Source: Marsupella aquatica (taxonomy: Eukaryota; Plantae; Marchantiophyta). From it: a stretch of 64,000 nucleotides of DNA. The translations under genes were made by a program, and so were the position numbers. The notes under the pieces are model-generated. The model made no database searches and was not told the origin of the DNA. It saw nothing but the letters and a program-made list of their open reading frames with translations. The DNA lies in assembly GCA_973895155.1 (NCBI GenBank), contig OZ316893.1:10855660-10919659 (forward strand), given 5' to 3'. Below, in pieces: positions 37,775 through 49,740 of this stretch (positions are counted from its first letter, which is position 1; the number at the start of each line of letters is the position of its first letter).

Positions 37775-40700
37775 TCAGATTTCTTTTACCTTGTATTTTT
37801 GTAATTGGGCCAGGCATTGCCTGAGATGGAGGAAGATTGCAAACACGAAGTAGAAAGCCACTATGGCCGATCCAGTCCAACCAAACACATATCCAAAAGC
37901 GTCAATGAACCACTTTTGATGGCCCATTGGCTCATCTCTCTGCCATTCAACCCGAGTGGTAATTGTAAGGGAGAACTCATCCCCAAGACACTTCCAGTCA
38001 GCGTCAGGATTATCGGAGAGTGTGTGGTAACGTCCTGTCGGCACGCAATAACTCGGCTGGGTCGGCGTTTCTGCTGTGCATTTTGACTCCAAAAACATTG
38101 TCACGTTTGACTCTTTACCACTCGTTCCAGCTGAGCCATCTGCAGCTGCAGGTGGATGATCATACCGAATCACGTTCTTGTATTTGTTACTGCACACTCC
38201 AGAGCGCTTGGCCCATTCCTCGTAGAGTTTCCTGGAGCCCATGAAACTATTCAGTGCATCGTTCTCCATGCGCTCCGGTGTCTTCCAAACAACGAAATAA
38301 GGAGCTTCTTCCTTACAATTGAATGCTGTTGGGCACAAGATCTCTCCAGTTTGCTCGACCTTGTGCGTCAAGTAGTCTGGAATGTATACGTTGTGCTGAA
38401 GTAGAAGCTTGCACTGAGAGTGGTTTCTAAAATCCAGACATCTCAACTCGTATGAGTCGGCGTTTCTGAACATGTTGCACACTGATGTTCCGTTGCAAAC
38501 TAGCACTCGGGGAAGTTTGGTGCAGTCCTTATTCACAGTTGGGAACAAGCTCAACAGCATAGTCCATGTGGGAGAACTCCTCTCCACTTCCATGAAGCCC
38601 AACGTGATTGAGCTGCTTGAGGCGTGACTGATGTTCAAGTAGAGAACATTGGGCTCAAATTTGACCTTCCTACGCCGGTGAGCATTCTCGGAAGCGCGGA
38701 TATTGCAAATTCCACTCAGCTTGCTGAACATTTTCAGAAATTTCCGGATGGGAAAGGTGGGTGACAGCTTCTCCGGTGGATAGAGCTTGCACTTGCCAGT
38801 GTACCTGTTTTCGGACCTGCACTTGTTCGCGCGACCTCCATAATAAAAACAAGAGACCCACGAAGCTTCGTTGCTCGAATCCATGGTTCTACTCAAGTTC
38901 CTCACCACCTCCAGGCTACATGAAATGCAGTTGTTGCAATTATAAATCCAACTCACCCTTAGGTACTCTTCTGGAAAGTCCATGAGGGTTAGCACGTTAT
39001 TGATCTTGGGGTAGACGTCGTCTTCTGTCAAACCAAGAAGGATACACGTTCAGAACCAGAATCAGAATCAGCATCAGCAGATGAGTTCTTCGTATAACGA
39101 ACTCTCAGCGATGCCCGCTACTGTCTATGTCTGAACAAACGAAGGCAACTCTTATCTGAGAAGTATTGATGATAGTTTCTTCTGGAGCAGTTAGATATTC
39201 ACGGGAGTGAAATGAAAATTGAAACCTCATACACAATTCTCAACATTCGCCATTGGAGCACGCTGGCAGTTTCTTTTAACGAAGAAGCAACTCTAAATTT
39301 GGATTCGCGAGGACTGCATTCACTGCTTACGTTTGTAACCTCCAGGAAATAAAGGAGCTAGCGGGGCATGAACTGTCGAGTGGACTAACTCAATGATGTC
39401 ATAAGCCTCCTGGGTAACACTCAACCCACCCTCCAGGATTTTCGTGATCGAATGCACTGATATCTCTTCTTCCTCAATCTTTTCATCCATGAGTTCTTTC
39501 GCTAAGGGGTGTGAAAACATCACAACTGTGACAGTTTCCAGCTTGTTTGCTTGGAAGCACATGTTCCCACTGGTCTTCGTGACCGCATCCTTGGCAGTGT
39601 TCTCTAGGTAGGATTCGCAGGTCACGATTGCTCCTGCATCTATGTTCTCCGGAAGATCTGCTGTCATGTAGGAGTGAGTTTTGACCGGCCATGGGACGAT
39701 TTTGGAGTGTAAAGACAGTACAAAAACTGTTAACACGAGACAAACGAAAATTATAGTGCAGATTGTGTCCGAAATTGGATGCCGATTGGTTGGCAACGTC
39801 TCGGGTGGCCTCCCATATAAAATACTTTGCACCAGAGGTTGTACGAATTTCAGGGACTGGCCAATCCATTGACTCTGCAAGAGACCATTTTAAAAGTATA
39901 AGAGTGCGTGCATAAATCATGCCGAGTGTACACGGAATTGCAATTGGAAGGCACGTTTTCACACACTCATTTGGACCAGTGAGAATGATCTGGTAAGGTC
40001 TCCTTATCAAAACAAGCAATACTTCAGCAACGCAAGCCTGAAGCAATCGTTGGCTCTTCATTTCGCTTCCAAGCCCATTTGTTCTGTCAAGTTGAGGCAA
40101 TTGCTAGCGGCACACAGCCTCATCCTATTTTAGAATTCCAAGATAAGGGCACACACCAACTGACGATGTCTCCACGGACCTAGAACTAAACCAACGCCCG
40201 ACTGAAAGGCCGTAGTATGCAGCCTACTTACCTCCCTGGGTTGTTGGACTGCCTCAGCTGGCTGATCTCGCTTTCCACACTGTCCTGCCTCTTTGAAGCG
40301 TTGGACTGCCTACCAATTCAACCGGACCACCATGACAAGTATCAACATGCCAGCAAGACCATCCGCTGTTCCAACCCTTCCAATGCCAAACCAAAGAGGA
40401 GGAATTTGAGATGTCTATGAATTCGATGCTAACGTGATGATCTTCAAAAGAAATTGGGACCTTCTTAATTAGCCCTAGCTTGAAATTCCTCAAACCATTC
40501 AAAACTATTCATCTAGAAGAGCTTGCACGGATGTCACAAAAATTGATATTGTCTGGTCCTTCTCGCCTCTTGACACACTAGAAGTCTATGGAGCTCGTCA
40601 TCGGAGTTTCACTGCACACTTAGTAGGTACGTGACACAATTGCTGCCACAAATTTTCGTTCCCGTTCATTCGAAGCAGTTGGCCGGTAACACAACTCTGT

Positions 40701-40875
40701 CTTAATCAAATGGATAATTCGAAATGCGAGAAGAACTTACCAGCAAGGTATGTACTACGGTCCTGTATCTGCTGACGACCGACTTCGACACGCCGGCGAC
40801 GATCCCCTTATTTTTTAGATCTAGAATGTGCCCACATCGCCTCCCATGAATCAGCTGCAGACTCACTTTCTGCAT
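37775..40875 (-). CDS. Uncharacterised two-TM glycoprotein with large Cys-rich ectodomain; DEG/ENaC/ASIC-like architecture. Model: 40875-40741, 40309-40232, 39874-39331, 39024-37775 (668 aa)
   Basis: The last two exons are long open frames joined by a phase-1 GTAAGC...GACAG intron (39330-39025). TM1 TICTIIFVCLVLTVFVLSL; TM2 WFIDAFGYVFGWTGSAIVAFYFVFAIFL; 20 Cys and 5 N-x-S/T sequons lie between them. The first two exons are phase-compatible GT-AG predictions only. Confidence 0.75.
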
Positions 40876-43800
40876 CGATTCAAGATTCGTGTTTAATACA
40901 CAGTCTAATTGTACTGGTCTTATGCTCCTAATCACTATTGAAATCAGCTCATTAAGTCACGGGTGTTAGGTCAGATCCAAAGGGCCATCGACGGAAGCGT
41001 TTGAGATTTCTATCATAGCTAGATTTTAATTAAAAAGATAGATACCCTTGTCCCACTAATCATCGAAGCATCGAACCCAGCAGGCGTTTAGCGAATTCGG
41101 TGTGAAAATTCCCTTTGGCCGATCGACTTTGCTGTTTGCTCACGTGAACAAATTTGGAGGTGTTTACCCCTCCCATCTAAGCGACAGTGCGCATCCCTCC
41201 CTTCTGAGTAACAGTGCCCGTCCGGCCCTTCACTGTAAACTGATCATGCACTGGGGACGCTTACCTACCTGCCCCTTTGTTTCCCCTCCAATCTCAACAA
41301 AAAACTCCGTCGAAAAGTCAAATTTTCCCTTGTAGTCTCTCTTTATTTGCGTGTTGTACTCTGTTATTCTCGTACTTGAATCCTGTTCTTAGCATCATCG
41401 CGGTGGGTCCTCAGTCCCAAGATTTCATCAATCACCAATCAATCCGTTTATCATCCTTTCAACTCCTTTCACTCAGACTCACTCTCTGACTCGCCTAAGA
41501 GATTTTGCCTCACCGTCATCAGAGGGTCCCTAACGGAGTGCAATCTGTTCTAAACTTGACCTTTTCATGAAGTGCAAGAGTACTTTCTTCCCTAGCGTCG
41601 AAACTGATACTGTGCTTGATCATGAAATTGCTTTTACGGATAACAAAATCCGTCTCGATCCCAGCTTAGCGTTATCAAATGGCCACAGCGACAAGCTCCT
41701 GATAAAACATTTGTTAATCGATAACATACGCATACAATTTGGAAGGTTGAGTCATCACCACGCCCAAGGAAGGAAAAAAACAACAAATCTTTCTGCCGGG
41801 AGCTCGTCCACGATAACCTGGGCACTCACCCTCCATATCTGGAGTACATCCAGCGAGGGATTTGGCGGAATATGGAACACGCCATCGTGCTTCCCTCCCT
41901 CTGACTCAACACCACTGACACCATCACGACCTTCCTGATTTCCATCGACGGTCGCTTGAACCCTTATTCGTGAGAAGCTCATCCTTCTCCTTATCGGATC
42001 GAAATTGCCGAAAGGATAAAGTCACGACCGCCCTCACAAAGTCTCTGGCTGACGACCAATTCCAATCCTCGCTGCTGCAAATACAGCAGTCTACAAATTT
42101 ACTCGACCCCTCCTCCTCCTTTCGACACGCTTCAAGAAGTCTCTGGCCGTCTGCCGACCACCTCGAAATCTCGCTCGTCAGTGAACAAGTTTGCGAAGAC
42201 TTTTTGATGGTGTGTAAATGGCTTTTGTAGACATTCGGTAAGGTGAAGCGGGGAGGTCTACAATCCTTGTCTTTTAATCTTCAAAGGAAGTGTAGAAGAT
42301 CGAGAAGTTCACTCCAGACCCCAATAGTGACTTACATATAGGCCAATGCCCTGCCACAAGACCAGAAACCAACCACAACCCAATTTTGACACACAGGTAG
42401 GGCAACGCCCCACAACGATTCCACAGTGAAAAGATCACAGAAGCCAACGGAGCAGGCAATGATCCCCCTGCACAAGACCTTCCGCGCAATGCCATGTTGT
42501 CACCTTAAACTCAGGGTTTCTGTCAGTCCTCGGTCTGTTCGCCGTTGCTCTCGTCGACATACTTTCCCCGAAAGCTCATTATTTTATATATTTGTTGTGG
42601 GTCCCGTTGAAGATTTTGAGAATCCATTCAAGCTGACGTGGGGCTCTTCATGCGAAATGCCTCCTGCCAAAGGGTTCTCCAAACGCTCATTGATGTGTCC
42701 CAGCTTATCTGAGATTTACCATGCCTTTACATGAAAGCTACCATGGGCTCTGATTGTGTTTCCGGAGCGCTTCGTCATTCCACATACTACAACCTGTGCA
42801 ATACTTGACTGCAATTTTGGTCTGTTGATGCAATTGGGATCACGTGATTGGAAAGTGAACGAAATTTACCGATGGACCAGGCGGGGGGAGCCCCTTGCGA
42901 TGGAGGGCGGTGTTTGAAAAATGTGCCTCCCCCGAAACCCCATAGCTCAATGAAAGCCATTTCTCTCATCAGACTTGCAGTCAGTTCGCTCCTGCAATCA
43001 GTTCGAGAACTGCTGAATACTCTCGACTGCAGCATGCTGAAACCACAGCTTCAGTACCGATCCCCCTCCGTCTGCAGGTGTGAGCTGCTCCTCAGCAACG
43101 ACGCAACCCTCTACGAATTAAATTGAACAGCGGCAGGAATTAAGGAAAGGCCGATGGAAACCTTCCTACTCCAATTTTCAGAAGCGCAGCAGAACCACGA
43201 CACAGAGAACTCTCGAGGAGTTCAGTTTCTGATATGTGTCGTTGCCCCACACGGGAAATTAAAGCAATTGTGCATTGAGACCGGAGAAACTTGGTTGTGA
43301 TTGCTTCGTTGAACAGCGCGGCCATGCAGTGCCGACACCTTGAAAGACCGTGGACGTCATAAGTACCATGTGTCAAGAAGGAAACCAAACCTTTCCTCTT
43401 GATCAAAATGTGATAATATAACGTGTGCACTCATTTATTTAAAAATAAATAAATTAGTTAGTGGACCCCCCACCTGTTTTGCACTTTTACGCATGATGAA
43501 ATGGTCCCCTTCGGAAAAAACTAAATTGTCTACTGTTCCTGTTCTACAAAGCGGAAGGCTCTTTACATCATGGTTGTTTACCTGGTTTGCGCTGTGTGCC
43601 CCTTGCAGCAGAGAAGGCGCTGGGGCATACATCTACATGGAGACCATAGAGCCGCGGCCTTTATAAAGTAGAAAAATTTGAGGTATAGCGAGTAGGTCAG
43701 GATGAGATTTTCAATTTTTATTATGACTTTTCGGTTGCGCGATGGCAATCATTGTAAATTACTTGTCGGTAAAGCATTTGAAGAAATGGAAGTTTGCTGC

Positions 43801-44058
43801 AATGCGCGTCTCCGGAAATTCTGTTTGACGAGCTTGAGGTAGAGTCCTCGGATTTCAATGGTCTTTGTGACATTGTATAGATGTGTGGATGCCGCACCTG
43901 TGTCATAGGTGAGTAGAACAGGGACAACTGGCCGACCAAATTCCTCCAGCTTTCGTTCCGTAAAGTCGTCGTAGCCCGTGCAGAGAGGAGTAAATGTACA
44001 ACAGTCGGACCGCTACTCCTGAAAGTTGGAACAAAGCCTCGTCTTTTGCAGCCCCCTA

Positions 44059-44282
44059 TTAACGGAAAGCGTCAGATGACATCAACTCCTTGAACTCCTG
44101 AAAGTCCACCTTCCCATTACCATCTGCATCGACTTCCTTGATCATCTGCTGACACTTCTTATAACTATGTCCTTCTTTCATGCCCAGGCTCTTCAACACC
44201 ATCTGCAATTCCTCCACGCTGATGAATCCGTCATTGTTCTTGTCGAAGACTCCGAAAGCGGACAGGAGACACTTCTCGCTTC
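44059..44282 (-). pseudogene. Calmodulin-like (CML) gene fragment: C-terminal EF-hand pair only
   Basis: AFGVFDKNNDGFISVEELQMVLKSLGMKEG...CQQMIKEVDADGNGKVDFQEFKELM has two canonical EF loops. There is no in-frame ATG or N-lobe before an upstream stop. Confidence 0.8.
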
Positions 44283-44679
44283 CACAGGGATCGGTTCCTC
44301 TGATCTCTTTTGGCAATTTTGATCGTGTACTGTCCTTATGAATTGTTTGTGATTCTTCCTTGGTTGAGTGATTGGTTTCTTCTTCAAACTAATTCCTGAA
44401 TTCCTTCTTCTTTCTGCTCGATCAGCATACAGTCTCTTTGATTCCTTTCGGTGATTTTCGTTGTTCCCTTTCGCCTCGGTTCTTACTGGCTTGCTCTTTG
44501 GAGTCTTCGGGAGTTGGCACTCATTCAATTCACGAGTGACAATATTCTTAATTCTCCATCAGTTTCCACAATGTGATTGATCGTTTTTGATTTTCTCATT
44601 CTGTTTTGGTGTTGTCCTTATGTTATTCCTTTGAGAAATTGGACTGTTTCAAGAAGCACGAGCACGGCATTTCTGATGC

Positions 44680-44882
44680 AGAGGAAGTTGACGGAAGTTT
44701 ATCTAATTCCATTCCCTACTGTTCATGCACTAGTGTGAACCAGCCATGTTACAAGTGGGGTAATGGAGGATGGCAGTCTGCTTGCTGCACCATTATGATC
44801 TCCATGTACCCCCTTCCAATGAATCCGAAGAAGCGAAGTTCAAGGCTGGCTGGATGCAAAATGAGCATTGGTGCCTTTGTTT
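44680..44882 (+). pseudogene. BBR/BPC (GAGA-binding) domain fragment, truncated at both ends
   Basis: [56 protein letters not shown]. The terminal WA(K/R)HGTN segment is absent. Confidence 0.85.
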
Positions 44883-46334
44883 ATAGCTCGTATCTTTGTA
44901 AGTGGAACGTAGTCACGTAGACGAGGCCCTTATTGGACCCTGCTAAGCTTGCTTCTCTTTCGTTTGCTCGTGCCTCATGCGTTGGACAATCTAACAGTAG
45001 TGAGAGGCATCGCCGAGTTAGGAACTGTAATGATGACGCCATGGAAAGGAGCGCTGAGTGATCCAACATAGAATCATGTCCACTTCTTCCTTCGTGGCAG
45101 TTGAAGGTCGAGAAAATTGTCACGGTTACTTTGTCATTAGATCAACTTGCCGAGAGAGATTTAGTTATTATTCAATTGAAACACAATTTAGAATGCGGGT
45201 GGGCAGCGATTACTTAGGGTAAAAAAACAGAAGGTGGGCCTCCTAATAATTGAACAGTCTATTACCTAGGGTAAATAAAATGGTTTTTTTTCAAACATTT
45301 TTACATCAATATTTACGGCATGGTGTCCTCAATTTTACCAAAATCATGCCACAGACACGAATGTTGAAACGATTTTATTTTGTAAACCAATTCGTACTTG
45401 TTTGCAGCGCATCTCAATGACATGGCACGCTGTGGAGTCTCGGATTTTGGAAGGGACCTCTAGTGGGGTCCATAACTAATTTTATCATGGTATGCAAGGA
45501 TGTCTTACACTATGTCTATTTTGATATGGAGTTACCTGACCCCAAATGTCAAGGAGTACCCTACCAGGCTGTGACCTAGGGGGTTTGGTCACAAGGGCTG
45601 AGCCGAATTACACACCTACTACAATAGATATGTTAAACAGATGACATTACTTTGAGGAAATATATATGTTTTAATTAGACATGCCTGATATCATTTTCCA
45701 ATTATTTAAAAAAAAACCTAGAGTTACCTAGAATTGAGTGGAAGAGAGTGATGCACTATGGACTTTGAGATCACTCTCTTAGCAAGCACACTACTAGTTC
45801 TTTTCACTACCATGTAAACAATTTGCAAGTAAGGATGCCAATGAAAGAGCCAGGATGTCGATGAGGATTACCTTACTAAAGGTATTGTACACGGGATTGT
45901 ACGCAAAGTGCCCATGACTATGCACTTAATCCATGGACTCCCATGTTCATGAATCCAAGGAATGTGTGTGTGATGAAGTGAAGTCAATTTTTAGCAAGGT
46001 GATAACCAATGGTTTTGAGTCTCCTGGTGATCTTGGTTGAGATGATCTTTTTGGTTTATCAAACGAAACTAAGGTTGAATATGAAGGAATTGAGTTTTTT
46101 GACGGTTTTCACTTACACATTAGAGAAATCGTGTTTCTACCATTCATGATTGATCATTTATGAGTTACATTTAGCATTACAGCCACAAGACAAACTGGAG
46201 TACAACACTAAGCTATTGGCAAAAGAGCACTTGTCGTTTCGGTGGGAAGAACGTACAAAATGGATGAGCCATCACTTCACATGAAACTTTTGCAGTTGTT
46301 TTTATTTAAGAAAGTTATGGTGTGAGGGGAAACC

Positions 46335-46627
46335 TGTTAGGAATTGACTCGAGTTCCCGGCTTAGTTAGTTTGGTTTTACTAGGGTTAGTTAAAACCCTG
46401 GATTACATTAGGATAAGATCCGCTTAGTTTAGGCCCACACATCTTGGCCCCCTTGGGGGTATAGGTTGGAGGGAGAGCTTTCTCTCCCTCATTCTTCACA
46501 TGTACTTCTCATGAGCTATGGATCCTTCAGGAGTTTCTCCATTGTGGTGTCTTGTTGGTGTAGTGTGAGATTGAGTGCTTTCATGTTCCGCATTGATGTC
46601 TAGTACATGAGCCGACGGTTTCTTACA
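46335..46627 (+). mobile_element. Probable solo LTR of a second family (293 bp)
   Basis: TGTTAG...CTTACA termini; flanks AAACC/AAACT (4/5 TSD match). Confidence 0.55.
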
Positions 46628-46834
46628 AAACTAACGATTGTTTCTTCGACATAGAGACTACATTTAGCGTCAATATGTGTTCAGAGTGAGCTTCAATTGA
46701 AGACTGGAAGGATACGAACAATCCAAGCCCGGAAGCAAGCGTTGTGGACAAGCAACGGCGACGTAATCGAAGAAATCAATTTGCAGCGGCTAAGTTTGTG
46801 ACGGTGACAAGGTTGTGACATCTTTTAATTGAGA

Positions 46835-47578
46835 AAGGGTTTCCAATGAGCCTCATATTGACAAATTTTGTCAAGTTCTAAATGAATTTTTGAATTTCTC
46901 TACCTTTCCAATAAGTGACCGTAAGAATTTGATCATGAGTTCATGAATTCTTTTAGCTTTCCAAATTGAGTCCGACATTTCATATCAGATTTTGTCATGG
47001 TACTAAATGTTAGATATTGCTCTAGTCTTGTGACTCATGAGCTAACCACAGTTAGTCTAACTTGGGTTAGGACTTAGCTAATGTTAGCGGTAGTGCTGTT
47101 GTGCATATAGCCAAGGCTGATGCCAGACCCTGGGTGGAACTTAGGCTCATTGTTATGGAGCTAGTTGAGAGATAGGGAGAGCTTGTGCTGTGGATGCTTG
47201 GTATGGCCGGTCGGCCTAGAATGCAGTAAAGCTCTTGTGTGTTCGCGTGGACGTAGCTTCATGTGGAGGTGAACCACGTATCTCTTTGTGTCGACTCTTG
47301 TGCGTTGGATGGTTCATGGGCTTGCAGTTGCGAATGTCGTCTATGCTTAACACTAAAGAGATCATGAGATTTTCAATCTCTCTAGCTTTCTACTGTGTGA
47401 TATTGGGAGTGTTCAGTCAAGATTAGAAAGATCATGAGTATCCAAATTTCTCTAGCTTTCCAATGAACCTAACATTGATCAATTTTGTCAAGTACTAAGG
47501 AGATGATGAGTTTCTAATTACTCTAGCTTTCCAATGAGTGTGACATTGAGAGATTTTATAAAGTACTAAGGAGATTGA
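46835..47578. repeat. Degenerate ~65-70 bp tandem array (CTCTAGCTTTCCAATGAG...ATTTTGTCAAGTACTAA), split by the solo LTR at 47008
   Basis: The motif recurs at about 46840, 46900, 46955, 47380, 47450 and 47521. Confidence 0.75.
47008..47352 (+). mobile_element. Solo LTR (345 bp, Copia-like) with 5-bp TSD CTAAA
   Basis: TGTT...AACA termini; CTAAA at 47003-47007 and 47353-47357; GTGGACGTAG...GAACCACGTA motif typical of plant Copia LTRs. Confidence 0.93.
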
Positions 47579-49089
47579 TTATTTAGTTTTACAATGTAGA
47601 GCCAAAAGGGGTTCTAACTATGTCCATTTATGTTGATTGGTTTTTTCAAACTTGCAAATAATTAAAAAAATACAATCATTTTGATGTAAAACACTGATAT
47701 ATCATTGACAAACATCAGAATGGTAACTTTATTTTACTCAATGACATATCTTCCTTTGTATTCTGGTTTTTTTACGCTTAATACTTACGGCATGGCGCCC
47801 CAAAAATTACATTGCTTTTGCCACAAACATGAATGTGTGCTTTGAAATTGTCAAGAAGATGATCTTTCCTGTTTGTGACTGGTTGTACTGATGTGGCGCA
47901 ACCTCGTGACAGGAAATTTGCATGGGACCTCTCATAGGGGTCCGTAAATACTAATACATGGATGCATGATTTTGGCCACCATGGAACAATAGAGGGAGGT
48001 TGAACACAATTAATTCAAGTCGCCTCTGCATTTGAAACTGTTAGCTGGAACCCATGTTCTCTCTTGATTTTATGACATGATTTCATGCTTAGGATTTGAC
48101 ATTGATCCGTGTAGTTTTGGTTTGAGTTATTGGGAACAGTTTCATCTATAAGTATATATTCTTGCCAATGTACCCCAACCTTGACCTAGGGGGTGAGTCA
48201 TGGCCAGCTGTAGTTACACACCTTGTTGTGTTAAGAAAAAAATTAGTTGTAATACTTTTGCTTACCAATGTTGGGCAAATTTCTAGTCTCAAGGGTCATT
48301 TGCTTACTAAAAAGATACTTGAGACTCATACTTGACAATGAGGGACTGCCTATTTGGTGCAGTTCACGGGGCTTATCATCCTTCCCATTTTTATTTTTAC
48401 TCATGTTATATCTTAAAAGACACACCATAAAATAATTTATTAAAAGATGCCATTAACCATTGGCGACCCCCTCCCCCCTCTCTCCTAAGAGAATAGAGTT
48501 TTAAAATGCAAACTGTTTCCCTTCCCTGTACTTTGGTGTCCCTCCTGTTCAAATAGGCTTAATACTCCACCTGATAACAAGGAAAACATTTTTAAACTAA
48601 TCACATTAATAGTTCATGGCATATGACAAATTGTTGTAGACATTATGGGCCCTTTTTGGAGCCCCAATTACAAGTTCAACCAAAAACTACTCAATTGAAA
48701 ACTCAGATTAATGTTAGGAAAAGGGTGAGAAATTTAGAAGGGGAGGAAAACAACATCTTTTTGGTTTTACTTCTGATTTTCATGCACATTTCTCAGCATA
48801 TTTACTCCATTAGAAGATGCCATTGTCTTTTTGAATCTCTCAATCCCCTTAATTACCCTTGAACCTCCACTCCAGTCCACCCTCAAATGCCAAAAATAAA
48901 TTGTACATAGAAGATACTTTTTTAACCAAAAACAAATTCCCCTTAGTTATCTTTTTTTATCCTTCCCCTTAAAGTACCCTTAATACTGCACCCTGGCCCT
49001 CCCTAAAAGACTACAAATAGTTCATTCGAAAGATTTAGTCCATAGCTAGTGCCCACTCCTTCTCCCAAAGCAAAAAAAGCAAAAAGGAA

Positions 49090-49740
49090 GTATCTTCATC
49101 TCACTTTCAAATGACACCCACATCATCGGTCCATCCCACTAAGGTTACAGCTCTTGCCCTCGCCACCCTTTCCACCCATTTGATGGCACTCGTTTTATGC
49201 GTTTAGCCCATGAAGAGTTGTGCGTGGAGTCCAGTCGAGTTACCCTCTGATTTTGTGCTTCCCCCATGGTTCTCATGTCCACCAGTAGGTCTTTGGGTCC
49301 TTGGCTCCCTAGTCAACACTCCCTCTTTCATTGCTAATGCTCTACAGGCTGCCTTAGCCCATGCTCCTTTGTTTCCTAAATTAGCAGATTCTCAGACAAC
49401 ATTTGGGATGTTAAGTTGTTGCAATGTATCCACCCCGTGCATCCTATCTGGCTAGGACATATGCACCTACCGAGGATCTTTGTCTACACCTCCGTGTGGT
49501 TCATGTCTCCATTCGTGAGACTTTTGCCTCCCTTTTAGACCAGGTACTTTGCTAGACTTTTGCCTCCCTTTTAGGCCAGGTACTTTGCTCTCATCTCCGT
49601 GGCTTCATCGATAGCTCAGTTTTCTTATTTCTCAAGGTAGTTTGGGGTTTACTTCCATTGCGAGCCTAACACCTTTGGCCTTTTTTGGAGCATGGACTCC
49701 ATCTCATTGGTGGCAGATTTGCTTCCTCAGTGCTTTATTG
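49090..49740 (+). mobile_element. Decayed CRE-clade non-LTR retrotransposon RT/thumb fragment
   Basis: IFISLSNDTHIIGP (degenerate xADD motif), LCV*PMKSCAWSP..LP, GLWVLG, LFPKLADSQTTFGMLSCC, AQFLISQGSLGFTS...PLAFFGAW. These follow the motif order I recall for CRE-type elements in bryophytes; stops and frameshifts present. Confidence 0.75.

Larger units (their letters stand above)
45310..48225. repeat. Pair of diverged direct repeats (45310-45620 and 47785-48225), TE-derived
   Basis: Collinear shared blocks: TTACGGCATGG, TGCCACA.ACA.GAATGT, GGGACCTCT...GGGGTCC, TGACCTAGGGGGT, TTACACACCT. Confidence 0.65.

Noticed and set aside
39483-40100. 205-aa minus-strand ORF overlapping the TM1 exon
   Set aside because: Alternative frame spanning the predicted intron, TTG start, and no recognisable features.
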